Below, piece by piece: positions 29,013-37,662 of a DNA stretch of 64,000 nt. Below the pieces are notes generated by a model. The model saw nothing but the letters and a program-made list of their open reading frames with translations. It ran no database searches and was not told the origin of the DNA. The translations under genes were made by a program, and so were the position numbers. The stretch spans positions 1-64,000 of the forward strand of contig JBDHWW010000005.1 in NCBI GenBank assembly GCA_039810425.1. Direction: 5' to 3'. How positions within the stretch are numbered: position 1 is the stretch's first letter; each line of letters starts with the position of its first letter. The DNA comes from Pseudobdellovibrionaceae bacterium. Lineage in GTDB: Bacteria > Bdellovibrionota > Bdellovibrionia > Bdellovibrionales > Bdellovibrionaceae.

Positions 29013-29708
29013 ATGAAGCCAGTGCTGTATGCCCTCACAATCCTCCTTTTGGCTGGCGTCACTTACGCTGACGATAGCATTGATGCACAAATGGACGCGG
29101 AGCAAGCCATTGCCGATGTTGACGGTGCGCGCGCGGACGCTGAAGAAGCAAAAAAGCATGCCGCTGAAGATAAAAAACGCCACGCCAAACTTCAAGAAGA
29201 GTACCGCCAGAAACTCAAAGAGGCCAATGCGGCCAGCGCCGAAGCGTCGCGCGAAGCTGAAAAAAACCGTCGAGAGGCGGAAAAGATCAATGGCGAAAGC
29301 GCAAAGCTGGAAAAACAAATCAAGGCGCTTGAAGCGCAAAAAGCGCAGTCCGAGAAAAAGATCGAACTTACTAAGCAGAAAACAGCCAAGCTCTATCAAA
29401 AGCGTGATGAAATAAACGCCCGAAAACAAGTTAAGCAACAAGAAGTCGAACGCGTCCACGATGAAATCAAAGCCCAGGATAAAAACATCGAGCAAGCCAA
29501 TGTGGAAGTCAGGGAGGCTGAAACTGACGCCCGAGATGTCGAGCATCGTTTGGCGCAGGCCCAACGTGAACTCAAGACGGCCAAGGTGCGCTCAAAGGCT
29601 AAAGTGAAGGCGGCCCAAATGCGCGCCGCCAAGGCCCGCAAACGCGCTGACAAAGCCAACCTGGCCCGCAAGAAGACGGAAAAAATTCTCGGCGCTGTTC
29701 AGCGCTAG
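29013..29708 (+). CDS. Exported coiled-coil protein with a basic C-terminus
   Basis: AGGAG RBS, signal peptide ending TYA, heptad-rich A/E/K/Q body. Confidence 0.78.
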   Translation: MKPVLYALTILLLAGVTYADDSIDAQMDAEQAIADVDGARADAEEAKKHAAEDKKRHAKLQEEYRQKLKEANAASAEASREAEKNRREAEKINGESAKLEKQIKALEAQKAQSEKKIELTKQKTAKLYQKRDEINARKQVKQQEVERVHDEIKAQDKNIEQANVEVREAETDARDVEHRLAQAQRELKTAKVRSKAKVKAAQMRAAKARKRADKANLARKKTEKILGAVQR

Positions 29709-30097
29709 CGCTTTGTTTTTGGGCGGCGCCCTTCGAGTTCGTTCACGCGTTTTTGCAAATGGAAAATTTCTTGTTGCATATCACGCATCTGATTTTTGAG
29801 TTCTTCACTTGGATCCACGGAGCTGACTTGTCTCATCGGTACGATGCGGTCTTCTTCTTCGTCTTTTTCATCATCGAAGGCGGCGGGCGAAATTTCGGTC
29901 ACGGGTTTCGTAATCGTTTGATGGGATATTTTGTGCGGCTCTTGAATGCCGCCGAAGGCACGGCTGATTTTTCGAAAGTCGGGTGGGAACCCACCCGTCA
30001 CGATCGAAAGGAAAGCAATGAACATGATACCGCTCACGAAGAGACTCTTAACAACTGTTGCAAAGATTTTTGCGAGGGTTTCCACCAGACGGCCCAT
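29705..30097 (-). CDS. Hypothetical single-TM protein with C-terminal coiled coil
   Basis: Hydrophobic segment, GGFPP, C-terminal heptads; sigma-28-like -10 box just upstream. Confidence 0.65.
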   Translation of the reverse strand: MGRLVETLAKIFATVVKSLFVSGIMFIAFLSIVTGGFPPDFRKISRAFGGIQEPHKISHQTITKPVTEISPAAFDDEKDEEEDRIVPMRQVSSVDPSEELKNQMRDMQQEIFHLQKRVNELEGRRPKTKR

Positions 30098-30106
30098 TGT
30101 TTATAT

Positions 30107-30133
30107 TTATCGGCATCCCTCGACTTAAGATGA
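30107..30133 (-). promoter_or_regulatory. Possible sigma-28 promoter
   Basis: Perfect GCCGATAA -10 box with weak -35 (TCAT) at 15-bp spacing. Confidence 0.5.
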
Positions 30134-30226
30134 GGGCTCGTGTGGGAATTTAAGGAATTTTCATTCTGAGATAGCTACTTGTAGCGCAGTCACATGTTAG
30201 CGCTCTTGGTCGCTTGCTTCTGCGCG

Positions 30227-30243
30227 TGTCTCACCCTGAGAAA
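30227..30243. promoter_or_regulatory. Palindromic site TGTCTCA-N3-TGAGA(A)A
   Basis: Ends about 40 bp upstream of the sigma-54 GG; related copies at 53283-53299 and 37088-37102. Confidence 0.5.
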
Positions 30244-30281
30244 TTTCGCTCTGTAACTCTGCGATCCGTGGTCGAGTCGGG

Positions 30282-30297
30282 TGGCACGCGGCCTGCA
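30282..30297 (+). promoter_or_regulatory. Sigma-54 (-24/-12) promoter
   Basis: TGGCACGCGGCCTGCA, correct GG-N10-GC spacing. Confidence 0.7.
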
Positions 30298-30307
30298 ATA
30301 GGTATTA

Positions 30308-30379
30308 AGTAACAAACGAACTTCCCCCCAAGTTCACCCCCAAAACCCAGGCTTCCCCCCAAGTCTGGGTTTTTCTTTT
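30308..30379 (+). ncRNA. Candidate small RNA with two C6-loop hairpins ending in an intrinsic terminator
   Basis: GAACTT-CCCCCC-AAGTTC, linker ACCCCCAAA, ACCCAGGCTT-CCCCCC-AAGTCTGGGT-TTTTCTTTT directly after a sigma-54 motif; no ORF. Confidence 0.65.
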
Positions 30380-30487
30380 GTCCCTGTCTTACTCTGGGAA
30401 TGTCCTAGACTAAAGCCTGAATTTCAATTCGTGCCCGGGGGAATACATAAAGAAAGCTCCTCTATTTTCCGATAGTTATCTTAAGTC

Positions 30488-31726
30488 ATGGCTAAGAAAA
30501 AAACGAAGAAACAGACACCTAAAGATGATTTGATCGAATCGCTCATGAACGATGTTCAAGAGATCAGCGATCAACCCACGCAGCACGGAAAACGTGCCGT
30601 GGATTCTTTATTTCTGGATGATGAAAGTGGCGTTGATCAAGGCAATGACGAATTCCTCGTCGGTTTCGGCGGAGAAGAAAACCGTGTTGAAGAGCAAAAC
30701 TCTCACGTTGCTGGCCTCTGGCAACAAATGAATGAACCCGGTGTTGATGCTCCGGAAAATCTTGAAGAAGTCCCTGACGTCGAAGAGTTCCGCGAAAAGT
30801 CCTTTGGTTCCGCAATGGAGCCACCAATTGTAGCCGCGGAAGAGAAATCCATTGTAGCCACCACTGAAGAGAAATCCAATCCTGAGGGCTATGATGACAA
30901 AACAGTGAATATCCAAGAGGTTGAGAGCTCAAAAGGCGGTTTTGACTCTTTGGATGAAGAACCTTCCAAGAGCCATAGCGCGGATTCTGAAAGAACGGTG
31001 GCGGTGGAAGGCTTTGCCAATCGCCAACCGAAAGCTCCAGCGAGCGTGGCGCCGAAAATCAGTTTTGGTTCATTGCGTGACCCACGTCAGGCCGCCGGTG
31101 GCCCGCCAGACGGAAGTATTTTTGCGTCAGGTGATGCGACATTGGCTCAGGCCGAAAGTTTGAAACTGGCGCAGCAACGCATTCTTGATCTTGAAAAAGA
31201 AGTGGAAAAGTACCGGCTCGAAAATGAAGAGCTGGCGTCGGCCGGTGATATCATTCGTAATCGGTCCGAAGAATTAACCGCGAGAATTTTCACACTAGAA
31301 AAAGAAAAGCAAGAAGTTTCAGACTCGTTACAAAACGAGCTGACGATCATCAAAGGGACTCTACAGTACAAAGAGACGGAAGTCGGAAAAGCCCGACTAA
31401 AGATTGAAGAGCTTGAGCTTCGCCTTAAATCTGATTTCAAGAAAATTCGTGTTCGTGAAAGAGAATTAGAAAATCGTCTAGAGCTTGTCAAAGCGGAAAA
31501 GACAGCGCTGCTGAGGGCTAAGGATGAGAATATTCTCGAGCTGAAGAGAAAGATTGATCATCTTCAAGGCGAAATGGATAATTATAGAAGTAAAGTTCTC
31601 GAGCTCAACAAGACAATTGATGCGAATCAAGAGCAATTCAAGCGCACGGTGCGTGCGTTGCGTTTGGCTTTGAGCAACTTAGAGGTTAAAGAGGAGAACA
31701 TCGTTCCTTTGAAGAAAGCTGATTAG
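30488..31726 (+). CDS. Hypothetical protein: acidic disordered N-half, long coiled-coil C-half
   Basis: 412-aa ORF; heptad repeats from about residue 220; 2 bp from the next gene. Confidence 0.8.
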   Translation: MAKKKTKKQTPKDDLIESLMNDVQEISDQPTQHGKRAVDSLFLDDESGVDQGNDEFLVGFGGEENRVEEQNSHVAGLWQQMNEPGVDAPENLEEVPDVEEFREKSFGSAMEPPIVAAEEKSIVATTEEKSNPEGYDDKTVNIQEVESSKGGFDSLDEEPSKSHSADSERTVAVEGFANRQPKAPASVAPKISFGSLRDPRQAAGGPPDGSIFASGDATLAQAESLKLAQQRILDLEKEVEKYRLENEELASAGDIIRNRSEELTARIFTLEKEKQEVSDSLQNELTIIKGTLQYKETEVGKARLKIEELELRLKSDFKKIRVRERELENRLELVKAEKTALLRAKDENILELKRKIDHLQGEMDNYRSKVLELNKTIDANQEQFKRTVRALRLALSNLEVKEENIVPLKKAD

Positions 31727-31728
31727 AC

Positions 31729-32844
31729 ATGGAGCAAGTCACCTCAGTTGAAACCGCCCAAGCTGTTAAAAAGATTAAAGTCGTTATTAGTGATTTGCAT
31801 CTTGGCAAGGGCCGCGTTTTAGAAAACGGCGGCATTAACTCTTTCGAAGAATTTTACTTTTCAGAAAAACTTGTTGAGTTCATTCATTATTACTCTTCAG
31901 GCATCTACCGTGATTACGAAGTCGAGTTGATCATCAACGGTGACTTCCTCAATTGCTTGCAGGTGGACTATCGCGGCCACTTCTTGACGGTCATAACTGA
32001 GAATGTCGCTCTTGAGGTCATTAAGTCCATCATTAAGGGCCACATGAAGGTTTTTAAAGCGATGGCGGAGTTTGCCGCCAAACCCGGTAATTCTGTGACA
32101 TATATCGTTGGCAACCATGATCAAGCGATGCTTTGGCCGGCGTGCCGTGCATACTTGAATCAAGTTGTCGGCACGCCGATTCGCTATAAGAACATCGTTT
32201 ACTTCTTTGACGGCGTTCATATTGAGCATGGTCATATGCATGAAGCAGCGAACCGCATGGATCCAAAAAAGTTTTTCCTGAAGAAAGATTTGCCGGAGCC
32301 GATTTTGAATCTGCCATTTGGTTCCCACTTCTTTGTGGAACTTGTTCTTAAGGTGAAACACAAATATCCGCATGTGGATAAGATTCGTCCGTTCTCGAAA
32401 ATGATTAAGTGGGCGATGTTTAACGAAACCCGCATGCTTGTGAATTCGTTTATCTCGTTAATCGTTTATTTTGGGAAGACGTTGGTGGTGAAAGATCCGC
32501 GCCGGCATTGGCCATTTAAACGTATTTTACAAGTCATCCTTGAGAGCGCGATCTTTCCTGATTTGAGTGAAGCTGCCCGCCGCGTGTTGGGGGACGAGCG
32601 CGTTCATACCGTGATCTTTGGCCACACCCATGTTTACCAATATCGTCAATGGTCCACGGATAAAGAATATTTTAACACCGGGACTTGGACCGAGCTGACC
32701 TCGCTGGATATCGTTTCTTTAGGTAAGATCACAAAGCTCACATATGTGTTAATTGAATATCCCGAAGATGGCGGAAGACCGCGGGGCCGTTTGAAGGAGT
32801 GGCGTGGTTATCACCGTATCGAGGAAGACGTCGCGGTTTCATAG
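31729..32844 (+). CDS. Calcineurin-like metallophosphoesterase
   Basis: ISDLHLG, NGDF, VGNHD, EHGH, FGHTH, NTGTW. Confidence 0.9.
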   Translation: MEQVTSVETAQAVKKIKVVISDLHLGKGRVLENGGINSFEEFYFSEKLVEFIHYYSSGIYRDYEVELIINGDFLNCLQVDYRGHFLTVITENVALEVIKSIIKGHMKVFKAMAEFAAKPGNSVTYIVGNHDQAMLWPACRAYLNQVVGTPIRYKNIVYFFDGVHIEHGHMHEAANRMDPKKFFLKKDLPEPILNLPFGSHFFVELVLKVKHKYPHVDKIRPFSKMIKWAMFNETRMLVNSFISLIVYFGKTLVVKDPRRHWPFKRILQVILESAIFPDLSEAARRVLGDERVHTVIFGHTHVYQYRQWSTDKEYFNTGTWTELTSLDIVSLGKITKLTYVLIEYPEDGGRPRGRLKEWRGYHRIEEDVAVS

Positions 32845-32981
32845 GGCGTTCGAGAACAGGACCAGCGTTTAGCCCGGCGTCATAAACCTCAACCAGACCC
32901 TAAGCGAAAGGCTAGCAAAAAAAATCTTGAGGAGACCAAGATTGTCTTCAAAGTCCGAGGCGATCTATACTGAGTGCTGTT

Positions 32982-33914
32982 ATGATGAATCACGATGATG
33001 ACTCAAGAGATGTATCAGAGAAGACGAGCGTAGTGAGCTCGGACACCTTCAAGGGCCGTATTCAAGCTGCGGACGGGGCGCCTCCCGTTGTCGTGGTGTT
33101 GATTGGTCCTCCGGGATACGTGGGAAAACAGTACCCGATTTCTTCGAATGATATCGTGATCGGCCGGTCTGTCGAGACGCAGGTGTATATCGACGACAAG
33201 AGCTTGAGCCGATCGCACGCGAAGTTCGCCATCGTTAGTGGCGAAGTTTCTATTATTGATTTGGGCTCCACGAATAAAACCATCGTGAATGGCCAGGCGT
33301 TGCCGCCACTGGCTCCCTGCAAATTGAAGAACAATGATCAGATTAAAACGGGCAATGTCGTTTTCAAATTTCTCGAAACTGGAAATATCGAAGCCCTGAC
33401 CAATCAAACGATGTACGAAAAAGCCAATCGTGATGCCTTGACCGGTGCTTATAGTAAAGGCTCGCTCCTTGAAAAAGGCCCCGAGGCCGTGAAGCGCTCG
33501 GAGCTTCTCAATGAAGCGATGAGCATTATCGTTTTTGATATTGATCACTTCAAAAAGATCAACGACGGTCATGGTCACCCTGCCGGTGACTTCGTGCTGA
33601 AAGAGCTGTCTGGTATTGTGACCTCGAAGTTGATTCGTTCCAACGATTACTTCGCCCGTTATGGGGGAGAAGAGTTTGTTTTGATTTTGTCAGGCGGTAC
33701 GGCGAAAATGGCGAACGAAATCGCTGAACGTATTCGGCAGACCATCGAGACTCACGCGTTTGTGCATGAAGGCAAAGTCATTCCGGTGACGATTTCATTG
33801 GGGGTCGTGACAAAAAGCACAAGCGATGTGGAATGGCCTGAACTCTTTGATCGTGCCGACAAAGCTATGTATGCTTCGAAACAGGGTGGACGAAACCGCG
33901 TGACGATCGCGTAG
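32982..33914 (+). CDS. dgcB: FHA-domain diguanylate cyclase (DgcB-like)
   Basis: FHA (IGRS, SRSHA, DLGSTNKT) plus GGDEF domain (DIDHFKKIND, RYGGEEF); N-terminal tail EKTSVV. Confidence 0.85.
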   Translation: MMNHDDDSRDVSEKTSVVSSDTFKGRIQAADGAPPVVVVLIGPPGYVGKQYPISSNDIVIGRSVETQVYIDDKSLSRSHAKFAIVSGEVSIIDLGSTNKTIVNGQALPPLAPCKLKNNDQIKTGNVVFKFLETGNIEALTNQTMYEKANRDALTGAYSKGSLLEKGPEAVKRSELLNEAMSIIVFDIDHFKKINDGHGHPAGDFVLKELSGIVTSKLIRSNDYFARYGGEEFVLILSGGTAKMANEIAERIRQTIETHAFVHEGKVIPVTISLGVVTKSTSDVEWPELFDRADKAMYASKQGGRNRVTIA

Positions 33915-34001
33915 TAAAGAGTCTTGCTCGATTTTTATATTTGATTAAACCCACTCCAACAAATTATATTTGATCTAGTTGTTTTTGATCTTGGAAGTGG
34001 G

Positions 34002-35458
34002 ATGACATCGGATACTAGTTTGACGCCGGCTGAGCGGCTTATTTTGCTCAGAAAAAAATTAGGGCTTTCGCAGCGAGAGATGGCAAAGGAGTTCAAAGTT
34101 TCTAACGGAGCCATAGCGCTTTGGGAACAAGGCGGACGGCCGGTGCCCGGCTCTGTGCTTAAGCTGTTGGACCTCTATGAAGGATCTCCGCAGGATCTGC
34201 CCGAAGACCTTCGGGCGATATTTTCTAAAAATCTGGTGGTTATTGAAGAGGAAAGGGAACTACTCAATTCCCTTCAACACTATTTATCCGACCACCTGTC
34301 TTTGAACTACATTAAAGGAAAAATTCTAACTCAGTTCGTCCGGCAGTTGATTTTCTTTTTTCGCGAATCCAAGGGACTCACGATGAAGTTGATGCAAGTT
34401 GCCAGTTATATCGAGACCGGTTTGCCGCATGAGGCTCGTAAGGCTTTGGCAAAGTTTCCGCAAAGCTCCAAGCCGAGCCCGTACAAAACTGTGAAAAGAA
34501 TTATAAGTGAAGACCTTGGGCAGAGCCCGGAAGCACTTTTTTCCGAGTGGAGCAAGGACCCCTTGGCGGTCACCAGCTTAGGGCAAGTTCATAAGGCTCG
34601 TCTTAAGAGTGGCAGACTGGTCGCTGTCAAAGTACAGCACGATGATATTCAAAAAATTTTAGACAAGCAGTTTAAGAGCATCGATTTAATGGCGCGGCTG
34701 TTAACCATGTTTAAGCAATCCGACCATCCGGTCCTTGAGGATATCAAAGAGAAAATTCATCGCGAGTGTGACTATCAGGCAGAGGCCCGGCAGCAACTGA
34801 GGTTTAAAAAATTCTTTGAGGGCGATCCTCAAATCGTGATTCCAGATGTGATTTTGGAAATGAGTTCAAAACGCGTTCTGGTGACGGAGTTTATTGAGGG
34901 GCTTTCGTATCAGGAGTTTATCGAGCAAGGAACTCGTGAACAGAAAAATGCCGCCGGTCTGGCGATTCACCGGTTGTTGGCCCGGTCCGCAGTGCAAACC
35001 GGACTTATTCATGCAGATCCTCATCCGGCGAATTTTATTTTCTTTGACGGAAAAGTGGCGGTATTGGATTTTGGCCGCGTGGTCGAATATACGGGCGAGC
35101 GTTTTGAAATGGAGAGACGCTTTGTGCACGCGCTGCTGACCGAGAATTATTCTCTTGCTCAGACGATGATTATTAAAATGGATGGCATTCAAGATCCTGA
35201 AACTTTCAATTTTGGCGAGCTCTGGAACTTTCTGGAGCGTCAGCAAACCCACTATACCCGCAACGAAAACTTTAAGTTTTCTAGAGAGCACTTGATTCGC
35301 CTGGCGGCGAATGCGCGCCGATTTAGCGGGCGCCGGCATTTGAAAATCGATAAGTGGTTTTTTGGGCATTTTTTACTAGCAATAGTGGCTTTAGCCTTTT
35401 GGCAGATTTAGAGACTGACGCTAATTGGCGCGCTGAAATGTTGTCATTTTTAGCATAA
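34002..35458 (+). pseudogene. XRE-HTH / ABC1(UbiB) kinase fusion, copy 1, frameshifted near the 3' end
   Basis: LRKKLGLSQREMAKEF..AIALWEQG HTH; TSLGQVHKA, VAVKVQ, HADPHPAN, LDFG; ORF stops at 35411 but the paralogue-like C-terminus continues in another frame to TAA 35458. Confidence 0.75.
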
Positions 35459-35602
35459 CAAAGCTGTCCGCGCTTACGGTGAAAGCATTTTTGAATAGCT
35501 ACGGCGGAAAATCCTTGCGGGCAGCAGGATTCCCACGCTTCGGCAGTTATTCAATTTGTGGAAGGGGCTGAGTCTCTGCTAGTCTAAATTCACGGAAAAA
35601 AT

Positions 35603-37099
35603 ATGGCACAATCGCAACGGCTAGTAAGTCTCAGAAATTGTTTAGGTCTATCACAAAGAGAAATGGCAGAGGAGTTCGGTGTTTCCGCTGCCGCGATCGC
35701 GCTGTGGGAGAACCGAAGACGGCCGATTCCGGGCCCCGTACTGAAACTGATGGAGCTGTATGAGCATGATGGTGGTGCCGCAGGAGTCTATCGTGGTACT
35801 GCGGAGGCCGAGGTTGAGGAACACTGCGCGGGATTTCAAAACCCGGTTTGGAAGGAAAAAGAGGCTGAAATCCTGGCCAGGTTGTGTGAGTCCGTCGAGG
35901 ATGTCCGCGGTAGTAACAGTATTAAAAGCCGACTATATACTACGGCGCTGTCGCAGTTCTTGAATTTTTTTAAACACGCTCAAGGTGTGACGATGAAAGT
36001 GGCTCACCTTGCAAGCTTCATCGAACTAGGGTTGCCCGGCGAACTTCGTAAAGCCTTTGCCGATATGGCTGAGCATGCGGAGCCTTTGCCGCCGGAAACT
36101 ATCGCGGGAGTCATTAGGAAAGATTTTGGCCGTGAACCGGAAGAGCTGTTTCTTAAGTGGGACAAAGACCCGTTGGCGAGAACCAGCTTGGGCCAAGTGC
36201 ACCGAGCTCAGTTGGTGGATGGCACCGAAGTCGTTGTCAAACTGCAGAATCCGGATATTCGTAAAATACTTGAAAACCAGTTCCGGAAAATTGAAGGGCT
36301 TCACCGTATCTCTTTGTTTTTTGAGAGTGGGGATGAACTGTTGCTTGAAGATATTAAGCGACAAGTTCTGCTTGAGATTGATTACCGGCGCGAAGCATAC
36401 AATCAACGTCGTTTTCAAAATATATTTGTGAATGACAAACAGGTCATAGTACCCAGGGTGCATCTCGAATATTCAAGTGATCGCGTTTTAACTTCAGACT
36501 ATATTGCCGGCCGCTCTTTCGACGATTTTAAACGTCAATCATCTCAGAAAGAACGCGATGAGGCCGCACAAACAATTCATCGATTTATTGCCAAATCCCT
36601 TATGGGACCCGGCTGGTTTTATGCTGACCCTCACCCACGAAACTTTAAATTTCTTGACGACAAAGTAGTATTTTTAGATTTCGGCCGGATTGTTGAATAC
36701 GACGTCGAGTTCCTACAGTTAAATCGTATCTTTTTTAAGGCCTTATTAAATGAGGACTACACCCTGGCGAAGTCATTAATGATCAAAATGGGTTCTGTTG
36801 AAGATCCCGAAAAGTTCAATTTCGAAGTTTTTTGGAGCTTTCTGAGCTTGCAACAAGTTCACTACATGACCAATCGTAAATTCAAATGCACCCCGGACCA
36901 TATGCGCCGCCTGGCTTTGGAAGCCCGCCGCTTTGGTGGGCGCAAGGGATTGAAGGTGGATAAGTGGTTTTTTTGGGCGTTCGTTTATCAGAATTCCGTC
37001 TTTAGCATTTGTGCCGATCTTCAAGCCGAGAGCAACTGGCGCTCAGATGTTTTTGCCATACTCGACGAGTGTGAAGCAGAGACTTTAGTCTTAAAATAA
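35603..37099 (+). CDS. XRE-HTH / ABC1(UbiB) kinase fusion, copy 2 (intact)
   Basis: LRNCLGLSQREMAEEF..AIALWEN; TSLGQVHRA, VVVKLQ, EIDY..EA, YADPHPRN, LDFG. Confidence 0.88.
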   Translation: MAQSQRLVSLRNCLGLSQREMAEEFGVSAAAIALWENRRRPIPGPVLKLMELYEHDGGAAGVYRGTAEAEVEEHCAGFQNPVWKEKEAEILARLCESVEDVRGSNSIKSRLYTTALSQFLNFFKHAQGVTMKVAHLASFIELGLPGELRKAFADMAEHAEPLPPETIAGVIRKDFGREPEELFLKWDKDPLARTSLGQVHRAQLVDGTEVVVKLQNPDIRKILENQFRKIEGLHRISLFFESGDELLLEDIKRQVLLEIDYRREAYNQRRFQNIFVNDKQVIVPRVHLEYSSDRVLTSDYIAGRSFDDFKRQSSQKERDEAAQTIHRFIAKSLMGPGWFYADPHPRNFKFLDDKVVFLDFGRIVEYDVEFLQLNRIFFKALLNEDYTLAKSLMIKMGSVEDPEKFNFEVFWSFLSLQQVHYMTNRKFKCTPDHMRRLALEARRFGGRKGLKVDKWFFWAFVYQNSVFSICADLQAESNWRSDVFAILDECEAETLVLK

Positions 37100-37258
37100 G
37101 ACCCGATCTTTTGGATAAGCGACTTAGTTTCGGGGCTTGTCTCGTATTAGGACTTGCCAGTCCCAACTTTTAAAGATGTATATAGCATTCTTCAGGCGTT
37201 GAAAGATGAAGGTTTTATCAAAGTCTCCTATTGCTCTGATCTGGGATCATATTCCCCG

Positions 37259-37286
37259 AGGCTCAGCGTAATGCTGAGCCTTTTTT
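37259..37286 (+). terminator. Intrinsic terminator
   Basis: AGGCTCAGC-GTAAT-GCTGAGCCT-TTTTT. Confidence 0.7.
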
Positions 37287-37335
37287 CTTGCCGCTAAAGT
37301 CTTGGGCCGGATATCTTAAAAAATCCGGAGGTCTT

Positions 37336-37605
37336 ATGAAGCCATCGTTATTGTTGATCGCTCTTCTTTTTTCGGTGAGTACTTTCGCGCAGCAGGGAAA
37401 TGATCAGCGCACCGTTAGTGAGTGTGCGACGGACCTTAAAATTAAGCTCTGGTGGGATAGTACCAAGAAAAAAGAGGCCGAAAAGTTCTGCGCAGAGTAT
37501 TCCCAAACTACAATCGATTGCGCCATCAATAATATGAAAGCCAAGCACTTGACCTATACTCAATTCGAAAGTGCGGTCAAAGATTGCCACCGGACGCGCA
37601 AATAG
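37336..37605 (+). CDS. Small secreted four-Cys helical protein
   Basis: GGAGG RBS, signal peptide ending TFA, 89 aa. Confidence 0.75.
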   Translation: MKPSLLLIALLFSVSTFAQQGNDQRTVSECATDLKIKLWWDSTKKKEAEKFCAEYSQTTIDCAINNMKAKHLTYTQFESAVKDCHRTRK

Positions 37606-37662
37606 TCTGGTTAAAAATAAAACTATTTTCTTTTGCAATCTCCATCACTCATAATGCACCCC

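Noticed and set aside
30318..30370. CRISPR-like repeat CTTCCCCCCAAGT
   Set aside because: Only two 13-nt copies 18 nt apart and no cas genes; better explained as sRNA hairpins
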